Below are positions 34,804 to 42,724 of a stretch of 64,000 nucleotides of DNA, piece by piece. Position numbers and translations under genes: made by a program. Under the pieces are notes generated by a model. The model was not told the DNA's origin, ran no database searches, and saw only the letters and a list, made by a program, of their open reading frames with translations. Source of the stretch: Bacteroidota bacterium (GTDB lineage Bacteria; Bacteroidota; Ignavibacteria; UBA10030; SZUA-254); contig DATIXJ010000027.1 in NCBI GenBank assembly GCA_035518715.1, positions 85,657 through 149,656 of the forward strand. The letters are read 5' to 3'. Position 1 is the stretch's first letter. Each line of letters opens with the position of its first letter.

Positions 34804-35026
34804 AGTATTCCAGAATATGCGGGGCTGTGCAATCGCTAGCGTTGTGCGTTTGGAAATCAATCCCCGCTTTGCGATTCCGACGGAATAGCATACAGGTCGT
34901 GTTCGCTCATTGCTTGAGCGTCGGAATCGCGCTGAACCTAAGCCGGCCGCATCGAAGCCGTGTGTTGCGATTGCACAAGTTCTTTGGTTACTTTCTTCCA
35001 AAGAAAGTAACAACAAAGATTTCCAG
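34804..35026. repeat. Structured intergenic repeat, copy 2 (223 bp, with an extra internal module of about 96 bp)
   Basis: It has the same conserved blocks as copy 1. The outer inverted repeat is TGCAATCGC (34828-34836) / GCGATTGCA (34967-34975). The extra 12-bp perfect inverted repeat is GCGATTCCGACG (34871-34882) / CGTCGGAATCGC (34919-34930). The identical hairpin lies at 34988-35010. Confidence 0.8.
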
Positions 35027-35066
35027 GCGATTTGATTTTAACATCCAGACTTAGGAAAAGCTCACC

Positions 35067-35630
35067 ATGAAAACATATATCGCCCTCTTCAGGGCCATCA
35101 ATGTCGGCGGAAAGAACGCCCTGCCAATGAAAGAGCTTGCCGTTCTTCTGCAGAAACTTGGCTGCGTGGATGTCCGAACGTATATTCAGAGCGGCAACGT
35201 CGTTCTGACATCCGCGGAGAAGAGTCCGGAACGCCTTTCCGTCCAGATCAGCAAGAACGTGAAGGCAAACTTCGGATTTGATCCGACGCTGAAGCTATTG
35301 GAAGCGCGGGAATTAGAGACAGCAATCTCGAACAACCCATTCCCGGAAGCAGCAAAGACGCCCGAGTATTTGCACGCCGGATTTCTCCTCCAGAAGCCGG
35401 TCAAACCCGATCTGCAGAAACTCGAGTCGCTGAAGCAGAACGGAGAGCGATTTCAGCTGAAGGACAAAATATTTTATTTGCACGCACCGAAGGGAGTCGG
35501 CAAGTCGAAACTGGCCGCAAGCAGTGAGAAGCTGCTTGGCGTACCGATGACTGATCGCAACTGGCGGACGGTATGTAAGATCAGGGATATGGCGAGGGAG
35601 ATCAACGAACGCCGTGCGAGCAGTCGATGA
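35067..35630 (+). CDS. DUF1697 protein
   Basis: MKTYIALFRAINVGGKNALPMKELAVLLQKLGCVDVRTYIQSGNVVL. Confidence 0.85.
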   Translation: MKTYIALFRAINVGGKNALPMKELAVLLQKLGCVDVRTYIQSGNVVLTSAEKSPERLSVQISKNVKANFGFDPTLKLLEARELETAISNNPFPEAAKTPEYLHAGFLLQKPVKPDLQKLESLKQNGERFQLKDKIFYLHAPKGVGKSKLAASSEKLLGVPMTDRNWRTVCKIRDMAREINERRASSR

Positions 35631-36114
35631 ATGATATCGATATTGAAGATCCGAGGATGAAGACATATTCGTGCCTAACTGTTTAAACATACCAGCGGAC
35701 AGTAATGAATAGGGTCAGACTTGAACGGAACCGATGGACTGGGTGTTCATTTCTTTGTTCCGCCAAAGAAATGAAGGAAAGTCCCGCGGATCGGGATCCC
35801 GCTCTTTCAAAAGTATTTTTGATGCGGGAAAAGGCGGCCGAAATCGAAACGCGCGATTCCTTCCCCTTCCGCACAATGCAGCTGCAAATCCGCTTTAAGA
35901 AGCAGAAACAAAGTGGATTTGTACCGCTTCGGATGGAATCTGTCCACCGCACAGCGCTCTCGATTTCGGTTCCTAACGCACTCATCCAAGAGGTAGGCAT
36001 GAACGGGATTATGATGTATCGCATCGATTCAATTGTAACGCGTACTATGAGGCGTATTCCTGTCATCGTGGCCGAGTCTCAATCAATCATCAGTGAAATG
36101 CAAGGAGATCGAGA

Positions 36115-36540
36115 GTGGCAGAAAACAAAACCAAGCCAACAAAAAGCAGCGTCACATCATTCCTGAACAAGATCAAGGATAAGCAGCGGCGTGATGATTG
36201 TTACGCCATTGTCGGGATGATGCAGGAAGTTTCCCGCCTGGAGCCCGTCATGTGGGGAAGCGCGATTATCGGATTCGGAACATACCATTACGTCTACGAT
36301 AGCGGCCGGGAAGGAGATACGGTAATCATCGGCTTCTCCCCGAGGAAACAGAATATTGCGATCTACCTTATGGGCGGACTGAAGCCAATCGAGGGAGAGC
36401 TCGCGAAGCTCGGCAAGCACAAAAGAGGAGGAGGGTGCCTGTATATCGATTCTCTCGCCGACGTGAACCATAAGGTCCTCACGAAGATCTTTGCAAAGGC
36501 ATTCAAAGGTGGACAGAAAAAGATCTCACAGACGGCGTGA
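36115..36540 (+). CDS. DUF1801 (YdhG-like) protein
   Basis: VTSFLNKIKDKQRRDDCYAIVGMMQEVSRLEPVMWGSAIIGFGTYHY and KQNIAIYL. Confidence 0.85.
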   Translation: MAENKTKPTKSSVTSFLNKIKDKQRRDDCYAIVGMMQEVSRLEPVMWGSAIIGFGTYHYVYDSGREGDTVIIGFSPRKQNIAIYLMGGLKPIEGELAKLGKHKRGGGCLYIDSLADVNHKVLTKIFAKAFKGGQKKISQTA

Positions 36541-36546
36541 CCGGGA

Positions 36547-37017
36547 ATGAATCCCGCATTGCTCGAGTCGCTGCGAACAACATTTGTCCCGCTCGGGTTT
36601 CGGCCGGTCGAACCCGATCGAGCCGCAGCGCCGGAGCTGCAGAGGATTCTCAAGAGACAGACCTGGAACACCAACAGAGCAATCGGGGTATTCCAGATCG
36701 AGGCGGTTCCGCCAGATTTTCACAAAGTTGTGAAAAGGTGGGGATGGAGGATTGCAAAGAAGGTCGGCTTTTTCCCTTTCTTCTATAGCCTAGGAATACA
36801 GGTCATCGTCTCTTGCAAAGGTCCCGTTGACGCGAAGATGAACCTATCACATTGCGTCAACAAAGTTGATAACCAGCTGGCAATCGTTCAAAGTATTTTT
36901 CTGATTGATGAATCAAGCAGCAGGTTCATGCAGGCAAGAACATGGGGGCAATTGATTACCGGAAAATATCAGGATGACATTGTTCGTTGTCTCCGCCAAT
37001 TTTATAAGGAGAAATGA
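36547..37017 (+). CDS. Hypothetical protein (156 aa)
   Basis: The ORF fills the gap on the same strand. I recognised no motif. Confidence 0.5.
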   Translation: MNPALLESLRTTFVPLGFRPVEPDRAAAPELQRILKRQTWNTNRAIGVFQIEAVPPDFHKVVKRWGWRIAKKVGFFPFFYSLGIQVIVSCKGPVDAKMNLSHCVNKVDNQLAIVQSIFLIDESSSRFMQARTWGQLITGKYQDDIVRCLRQFYKEK

Positions 37018-37018
37018 C

Positions 37019-37270
37019 ATGTACATGCAGGTGATCGCTATACTCGTTTTCGGACTGACTGGTTATTTCCTCGGTTCGATCAAGAAGGACAAAATTTCAA
37101 ACCGGTTCAACATTATTCTTCTCATTCTGCTTCTCTTTGCTGCAAACTCTCACGGGCTGGGATTCTCCGGTGTCGGTGAATTTGTCATGAAGGATAACGA
37201 CATACTTCAGGGGTTGATCTTCGGGATACTGCTGCGGAGAATTTCGTTCAAGCCCTCACTGGCGATTTGA
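37019..37270 (+). CDS. Small membrane protein (83 aa)
   Basis: MYMQVIAILVFGLTGYFLG and IILLILLLFAA. AAGGAG (37006-37011) lies upstream of the ATG at 37019. Confidence 0.45.
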   Translation: MYMQVIAILVFGLTGYFLGSIKKDKISNRFNIILLILLLFAANSHGLGFSGVGEFVMKDNDILQGLIFGILLRRISFKPSLAI

Positions 37271-37490
37271 ATGGGTAATTTTCTCATTCATTGATGAGAG
37301 GCGGCGCTATTGATTGATTTTATGATTCAGGCAATTTTCCATTGCTCGGATGTGGCGTTAATAAATCATTTCGAGATTGAGTCATTACAATGTACTTACG
37401 GACGATGAATTAATCGTTAATTCTTCGGGCCCATACCCAATGACATAATGAGTCAATGACAAAATCTCCCCGCCATAGTAGTGCCATGCC

Positions 37491-39212
37491 GTGAGCTGGA
37501 TATTCTCGATATCGAAGGCTGATACTCGAGCCGGGGCTCATGTGCCCTGTCATGCCCCCCTACATGTATGTTCAGGAAAAAATTTTTATCTCGCAGTGGG
37601 AGGAAATCCCGATACTGCCTTCTGGCATAATGACGGCTCCCGCGGCTGGATTGTGGCTGGGGTCGGTTTCATCCGGAAGAATTCTGATTTCTCTCTCCTC
37701 ACCAAAGCAGATTGGCATCACCTTCTCGAGCAAGAGAAGTTCGATCCGGCTCTTCTCGATGGTCACTTTGTCGTCCTTCGCTGGAATGCAGGTCGACTCG
37801 AGTGCTTCACCGACCAATTAGGGATCAGGACTCTTTACTTCGGGAAATGTGCTCATGGAATTTGCATATCGACGCGATTGGATTGGGTCGCGCAATCGCT
37901 GAAGAGCCCGGGAATCGACTATCCCTCGCTCGGCGCAAAATGGCTCCTGCTGAATCAGTTTTCATTTGAATCCGGCATCTCCGGAATCGAGCGGCTGGGA
38001 CCGTGCGGGCACGCAGCTTTCAATGCCGGGGAAGTGGTTCGGTCAGTGCCTGGAAAACGATGGATCCCTTCCTTTGAGCCAACGACACCGGATATAGCAA
38101 TACGCACCCTGCAAGAATTCGTGCGATGTGCCCTGACCCAGCGCGACCAGCCATCGCTCGGATTATCCGGAGGTCTCGATTCTCGATTTCTTCTTGCCCT
38201 GTTCGCAAACCTTTCAAAGGATGGATTCTCGACGCACACTTTCGGCGATTGCTGTGATCCGGATCTTCAGGTAGCACACCGGATCTCCATGGCGCTTGGA
38301 ATTCCCCATCGACAGTTCAATGATCCGCTTCCGGATGTTCAAACGTGCATTTCCGGTCTCAAGTCATTCGCCGCTCAGGCGGCCCTGAGTGAGCCGGCAT
38401 CATCATATCTCAAACTCCGTTATTATTCTTCGCTTCGTGCCAACGGCAAGATAATGGTGGATGGCGGATTCGGTGAGATTGCCCGAAGGAAGTTCTTTAA
38501 TCGACTCCTGAGATTCAGGAAACGTGCGCTTTTGAGAAGAGACTCGGCGCGCCTTGCAAGCTATGTCAGTGCCCACCGTGCAGATATCTTCTCGCCTGAG
38601 ATCAATACGGCACTTCAACGCGGGGCTGTTCACGACGTGGAAAAAACACTCGACAAGTTGCCGGATACCGGGAAGATTGGATTCGAGAACCTCGCAGACC
38701 TGCTTGCGATATCCGCCCGACTCCCGAATTACGTCTGCCACGAGCAGGCGCGGATCGATGGTGAGGTTCTCAACTTTATGCCATTCTTACAACCCTCATA
38801 TTTGCGTGAAGTCTTTGGCCTTCCGCTCGAAGTGAGATCGCGTGGAGGGCTCCATCACCGGTTCATCCGAGAGTTCAATTCCGATCTCACGCATTTTCCA
38901 TTGTCGAAAGGCGGTGTCACATATCCCTACGGTTCCTCGACTGCCAGGGCGATGTTCACATCAATTCTCAAATCAGGTCTTGGGAAAAAGTACACCGACC
39001 CCAAACCCGATTTACTCCTTACACACCTCCGCGAATTCGTTCTCGATACGGTCCATTCAAAAGATGTGGTGGAGAATCCGGCGTACGACTACCAGAAGGT
39101 GTCAGATGCCGTGGCGCAGTATTATTCAGGGGATTCCAGCCGACGGCTTGCAGTGGATTGGTGGCTTACATTCGAGCTGTGGAGGCAATCGTTATCGCCG
39201 CCAGCCGGTTGA
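37491..39212 (+). CDS. Asparagine synthase (AsnB)-related protein. The PP-loop is present and the N-terminal amidotransferase nucleophile is apparently absent.
   Basis: GHFVVLRWNAGRLECFTDQLGIRTLYF is GATase-like. LGLSGGLDSRFLLAL is an SGGxDS PP-loop. The N-terminus reads (V/M)SWIF instead of MCG. Confidence 0.75.
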   Translation: MSWIFSISKADTRAGAHVPCHAPLHVCSGKNFYLAVGGNPDTAFWHNDGSRGWIVAGVGFIRKNSDFSLLTKADWHHLLEQEKFDPALLDGHFVVLRWNAGRLECFTDQLGIRTLYFGKCAHGICISTRLDWVAQSLKSPGIDYPSLGAKWLLLNQFSFESGISGIERLGPCGHAAFNAGEVVRSVPGKRWIPSFEPTTPDIAIRTLQEFVRCALTQRDQPSLGLSGGLDSRFLLALFANLSKDGFSTHTFGDCCDPDLQVAHRISMALGIPHRQFNDPLPDVQTCISGLKSFAAQAALSEPASSYLKLRYYSSLRANGKIMVDGGFGEIARRKFFNRLLRFRKRALLRRDSARLASYVSAHRADIFSPEINTALQRGAVHDVEKTLDKLPDTGKIGFENLADLLAISARLPNYVCHEQARIDGEVLNFMPFLQPSYLREVFGLPLEVRSRGGLHHRFIREFNSDLTHFPLSKGGVTYPYGSSTARAMFTSILKSGLGKKYTDPKPDLLLTHLREFVLDTVHSKDVVENPAYDYQKVSDAVAQYYSGDSSRRLAVDWWLTFELWRQSLSPPAG

Positions 39213-39265
39213 GCCCCTCGAAAGAGCATAGTCCAATATCCCGTCTATCCTCCTCCTGAAAACTC

Positions 39266-39294
39266 TTGCACGCTTCACCGCGATTTCTTACAAT
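39266..39294 (+). promoter_or_regulatory. Sigma70-like promoter candidate
   Basis: TTGCAC (39266-39271), a 17-nt spacer, then TACAAT (39289-39294). AAGGAG at 39317-39322 precedes the GTG at 39328. Confidence 0.35.
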
Positions 39295-39327
39295 ATCCTC
39301 TTGTCAATTGACTATAAGGAGATTCCT

Positions 39328-40314
39328 GTGAGATCTTTCATCAGCCGTGTGCGATCAACCCGAATTTTCGTAGGCTGCATGACTGCAATCATTCTTTGCT
39401 CATGTGCGCAGCAGGGCCCGAAGCTTCTCCCCGTTGGAGAAGGGCGCATCGCCGTCCACGGCGGGAATATCTGGTACAAAATTTCTGGGAGCATCCGCGG
39501 CATACCGGTTGTCCTGCTCCACGGCGGTCCCGGCTTTTCTAGCTTCTATATGAAGCCGTTCGATGATCTCTCGGACAGCCGCCAGGTGATACGTTACGAT
39601 CAGCTCGGAGGCGGGAAATCAGACAAGATTACCGACACCACGATGTTCACTGTTGATCACTTTGTGCGCGAACTCGATTCGCTGCGCTCATATTTTGGAA
39701 TAGAAAAATGGCATATCCTGGGTCACTCGTGGGGAACAATGCTCGCCGTTGAATACTATAAGCTGCATCCCGAACATGTGGCAAGTCTCACGCTCTGCAG
39801 CGCATCGCTCGACATCCCGGCATGGGAGAAGAACGCCAGGGAGCTCATGAAGACGTTGTCGGATTCATCACAGCGCGCGATCCGCGCGGCAGAGGCAGCA
39901 AAGAAGTTTGATGATTCATCATATCAAAATGCCATTGGCGAATTCTATGGGAAATATGTTTTTCGTCACTCTGTTCAGGCAGATCTCGACAGTACCCTGG
40001 CGACCATGGCAGAAGGGCTCTACAATTACATGCAGGGGCCGAGTGAGTTCACCATTACCGGGACGCTCAGGAATTATGACGCAACACCATATCTGCACGA
40101 GATCAAAGTCCCGGTACTCTATACGGTAGGTGAATTTGACGAGGCCGGTCCGCAGCTCATCGAGCGCTTTGCGTCACTGACTCCGGGCGCGAAAATAGTG
40201 GTGCTGAAAGGTGCGGCACACATCACGCCGTGGGATGCCCATGAGGAGAATGTGAGGGTTGTGAGAGATTTCCTCCACGGGGTGGACTCAGCTTTAGCAG
40301 CGGTAAAGCAATAG
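39328..40314 (+). CDS. Alpha/beta hydrolase, proline iminopeptidase family, probable lipoprotein
   Basis: Motifs: VVLLHGGPG, GHSWGTML (nucleophile elbow), VLKGAAHIT. The signal with Cys is GCMTAIILCSC. I prefer the GTG start at 39328; the track ORF starts at TTG 39301. Confidence 0.85.
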   Translation: MRSFISRVRSTRIFVGCMTAIILCSCAQQGPKLLPVGEGRIAVHGGNIWYKISGSIRGIPVVLLHGGPGFSSFYMKPFDDLSDSRQVIRYDQLGGGKSDKITDTTMFTVDHFVRELDSLRSYFGIEKWHILGHSWGTMLAVEYYKLHPEHVASLTLCSASLDIPAWEKNARELMKTLSDSSQRAIRAAEAAKKFDDSSYQNAIGEFYGKYVFRHSVQADLDSTLATMAEGLYNYMQGPSEFTITGTLRNYDATPYLHEIKVPVLYTVGEFDEAGPQLIERFASLTPGAKIVVLKGAAHITPWDAHEENVRVVRDFLHGVDSALAAVKQ

Positions 40315-40328
40315 ATCCGGATCGTACC

Positions 40329-40757
40329 GTGAGACTCTGGAGTATACATCCCCGATATCTTGATGCGAAAGGACTCGTTGCTCTCTGGAGAGAAGGGCTC
40401 CTTGCGAAAAAGGTTCTTGAAGGCAGAACGAAGGGATACAGGCATCATCCGCAGCTCATGCGATTTCGTGAACAGATCTCTCCGGTTGCGGGTATCAACA
40501 GGTATCTTCATGAAGTCTGGATTGAATCTGCGGCAAGGGGATACTCATTCGACCGTGGTAAGTTGGCGCCCCGTCGAAAGGTGCCAAGGATTCCGGTGAC
40601 ATCCGGTCAGTTGAAGTTCGAGCTGGAACACCTCCGCGCCAAGCTTCGCCTGCGGGACACGAAACGCTTTCAGCTCCTCAGGAGTGTGAGGGAACCGCGG
40701 CCACATCCGCTTTTCAGAGTCCGAAGAGGGCGAATCGAACGATGGGAAAAGCAGTGA
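40329..40757 (+). CDS. Pyrimidine dimer DNA glycosylase (endonuclease V / DenV-like family)
   Basis: MRLWSIHPRYLDAKGLVALWREGLLAKKVL and HPQLMRF. Confidence 0.8.
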   Translation: MRLWSIHPRYLDAKGLVALWREGLLAKKVLEGRTKGYRHHPQLMRFREQISPVAGINRYLHEVWIESAARGYSFDRGKLAPRRKVPRIPVTSGQLKFELEHLRAKLRLRDTKRFQLLRSVREPRPHPLFRVRRGRIERWEKQ

Positions 40758-41107
40758 GTCGCGAGAGGGTGTCGGTGATAGGAAAGTTCGTCAATACGTG
40801 GCACCTTTCCGTTGAGGAGAGACGAGCCGTCGGTACCATTTCGGGCTCGGAAATACTTGATGCGATATTGAAGATTATTGAGAACGAGGGAAGATATCCT
40901 GTGCATTACAGTGCGGATTCAGATTACCAGGGAACGCTGCTCTACCGGAGCGACAACACATTTATCGTTGTCACGAAAGCGGAGGTGGGTGTTCAACGCT
41001 ATGCCGTGATTGAGAAAAGAGTATTTGAGAATGCCGATAGTGCTGTTCGCTATGCGGCAATGAAGATATTCCCATCGGGGTTCGACGGAGTGAAGATAGA
41101 CTGGTAA
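40742..41107 (+). CDS. Hypothetical protein (121 aa)
   Basis: The ORF overlaps the upstream stop by 16 nt. No motif was recognised. Confidence 0.4.
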   Translation: MGKAVSRERVSVIGKFVNTWHLSVEERRAVGTISGSEILDAILKIIENEGRYPVHYSADSDYQGTLLYRSDNTFIVVTKAEVGVQRYAVIEKRVFENADSAVRYAAMKIFPSGFDGVKIDW

Positions 41108-41141
41108 TGGGCGCGGGTAATTTCCCGGAGAGAAGAAACTA

Positions 41142-41492
41142 ATGATCATCGTAGTTTTAAAGGTTGAAGGATCCGAATATTCCGGGAAGGCGGAGTCGCG
41201 TCGCCGTCCGATTCTTCTTCTTGTGATGCCTGTGGCTGTTGCCACGGCAGTTGCCTGGATCGACTCGCGTCCAACCTGGGATGACGCCGGTGTCACCGCG
41301 ATGCTCCTGATTTTCACTGCAGCAGGCGGATCCCTTGGCGGCCTCTCCTGGCGGTTGGCGTCAGTCCTTGTCGGCGGGCCGATTGTACTGTGGGAAATAT
41401 GGCACGGGCCCGGAGTTCTCATCGTCGTCCCGGTCGTCGTTGCGGGGGCAATTGCAGGAATGGTTGTTCGCCGGTGGACCCGGCTTGTCTGA
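41142..41492 (+). CDS. Small hypothetical membrane protein
   Basis: Three hydrophobic segments: ILLLVMPVAVATAVAWI, AMLLIFTAAGGSLGGL and VLIVVPVVVAGAIAGMVV. The antisense 224-aa ORF is Arg/Thr/Pro-rich and low-complexity. Confidence 0.45.
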   Translation: MIIVVLKVEGSEYSGKAESRRRPILLLVMPVAVATAVAWIDSRPTWDDAGVTAMLLIFTAAGGSLGGLSWRLASVLVGGPIVLWEIWHGPGVLIVVPVVVAGAIAGMVVRRWTRLV

Positions 41493-41736
41493 GTCCTGTT
41501 GTAATTTTCTTCCATCCCCGTCTGGTTCCGAATGGGAGTAATCCTGAAGCTTCGCGTGTGATGCCTCGCAACTCCCATTGACTTTCCCGTCATATTTTCC
41601 TACCATTCTGACATCAGAATTAAGATCTTCGTGTTCAACGGATGAGAGAGAGGCTCTTCTTACGGTAACGAAGGACTTTTACACAATCTGAAATCACCAT
41701 TCTCGCCCGTTTCAATTTCCATTTTGCATTGGAGGT

Positions 41737-42567
41737 TTGACGATGAATCGCGACAGGAGTATCCGATTGATTTGTCTTCTGGTGTCATTGCTCATTTCGG
41801 ATGTCTGCGGGTTTGGTCAGGCGGTCTTCGTTCCAGATACTTCGACTTGGGAATATACATTCCGGGAAATTCCCGGATGGTTCGATGCAAATTTCTCCGA
41901 TACCAGTTTGTCCCTCGGCAAGGCTCCATTTGGAAACTACTTTGCCACAAGACATGGTTGGCACTATACGACGGAATTTCCCGAGTGGTCGACGCTCTAT
42001 GTCAGAAAGGTGTTTTCCCTTGGAAGCGATTTCGATGACATGGAAATACACGCCGGATGGGATAATATCCTGTCGCTCTATATCAATGGGGTTCGGATTG
42101 ACAGCATTGACAAGATCGGCTTTGCAGCGAAGTGGAACAGAACCATCCCGGTTCCCAACACCATCTTTACGGCGAACGCAACGAACGTGATCGCCGCGCG
42201 GGTGATCGATTACGGCGGAGGTACAGGGTTCGATCTGGAATTGACCGGGACACAAAAATTTGCCCATCCTCCATCGCCGCACCGGGTCATCGACCTAACA
42301 ATCAGGAATTCTCGTTCAGCAATACTGAGTCGTACCGTTACGATCGAATTCTCATTACCATCAGCCGCGGGAGTGAAGCTGCTGATTTATGACGGGTCCG
42401 GTAAGCTCATCCGCCGGCTCGTTGAGGACCACCTCTCCGCCGGACGCCATGTTCTGGAATGGGATCTCAGGGATGCGTATGGTCGCAGCGTTCCTCATGG
42501 CGAATATCTCTATAAACTACTTGCAGGGAAAACAACTGTAAAGAAAAAGGCATATCTCCAACGATGA
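41737..42567 (+). CDS. Secreted protein with a jelly-roll-like N-terminal domain and a C-terminal FlgD-Ig / T9SS-sorting-like domain
   Basis: Signal LICLLVSLLISDVCGFGQA. The C-terminus reads VKLLIYDGSGKLIRRLVEDHLSAGRHVLEWDLRDAYGRSVPHGEYLYKLLAGKTTVKKKAYLQR. Confidence 0.65.
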   Translation: MTMNRDRSIRLICLLVSLLISDVCGFGQAVFVPDTSTWEYTFREIPGWFDANFSDTSLSLGKAPFGNYFATRHGWHYTTEFPEWSTLYVRKVFSLGSDFDDMEIHAGWDNILSLYINGVRIDSIDKIGFAAKWNRTIPVPNTIFTANATNVIAARVIDYGGGTGFDLELTGTQKFAHPPSPHRVIDLTIRNSRSAILSRTVTIEFSLPSAAGVKLLIYDGSGKLIRRLVEDHLSAGRHVLEWDLRDAYGRSVPHGEYLYKLLAGKTTVKKKAYLQR

Positions 42568-42635
42568 TCGCCTTCACGGGCTTCGTTCCAATATCCCGGT
42601 GAAAGCCCGCACGAGCGAAAGCCATTATGCTTTCC

Positions 42636-42684
42636 GAAGCCCTGCCGGAATGAGCAGGGCTTCGTTGTTTTGTGTCGTATTTTT
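42636..42684 (+). terminator. Rho-independent terminator
   Basis: Stem GAAGCCCTGC (42636-42645) pairs with GCAGGGCTTC (42654-42663). It is followed by the T-rich run GTTGTTTTGTGTCGTATTTTT. Confidence 0.7.
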
Positions 42685-42724
42685 CACTATTATAGCGGTT
42701 TAACAGCAATCGAAGAGCTTCGAA

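Noticed and set aside
31149-35016. Minus-strand ORFs across both repeat copies share the peptide LLLSLEESNQRTCAIA, which might indicate a small repeated gene
   Set aside because: The shared peptide follows trivially from the DNA identity. The frame runs through a perfect 10-bp hairpin, and the flanking ORF parts differ. I interpret the repeats as non-coding.
35771-35790. GAAGGAAAGTCCCGC, which resembles the RNase P RNA P4 motif GAGGAAAGUCCGGGC
   Set aside because: The other universally conserved RNase P blocks are absent from the surrounding 480 nt. These include ACAGAAxxCGGCUUA and the GGUAA-type loops. I treat the resemblance as chance.
35705-36166. A 153-aa + strand ORF (and a 127-aa minus-strand ORF) inside the 484-bp gap
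   Set aside because: There is no motif and no RBS. The + strand ORF overlaps the well-supported DUF1801 start by 52 nt, and the region is full of perfect hairpins. I kept it as non-coding pending tblastx.
40919-41593. A 224-aa minus-strand ORF spanning two small + strand ORFs
   Set aside because: The Thr/Arg/Pro-rich low-complexity translation is unconvincing. The + strand alternatives have TM-helix or globular-like composition and keep the island co-directional. Confidence in the + strand calls is still only moderate.
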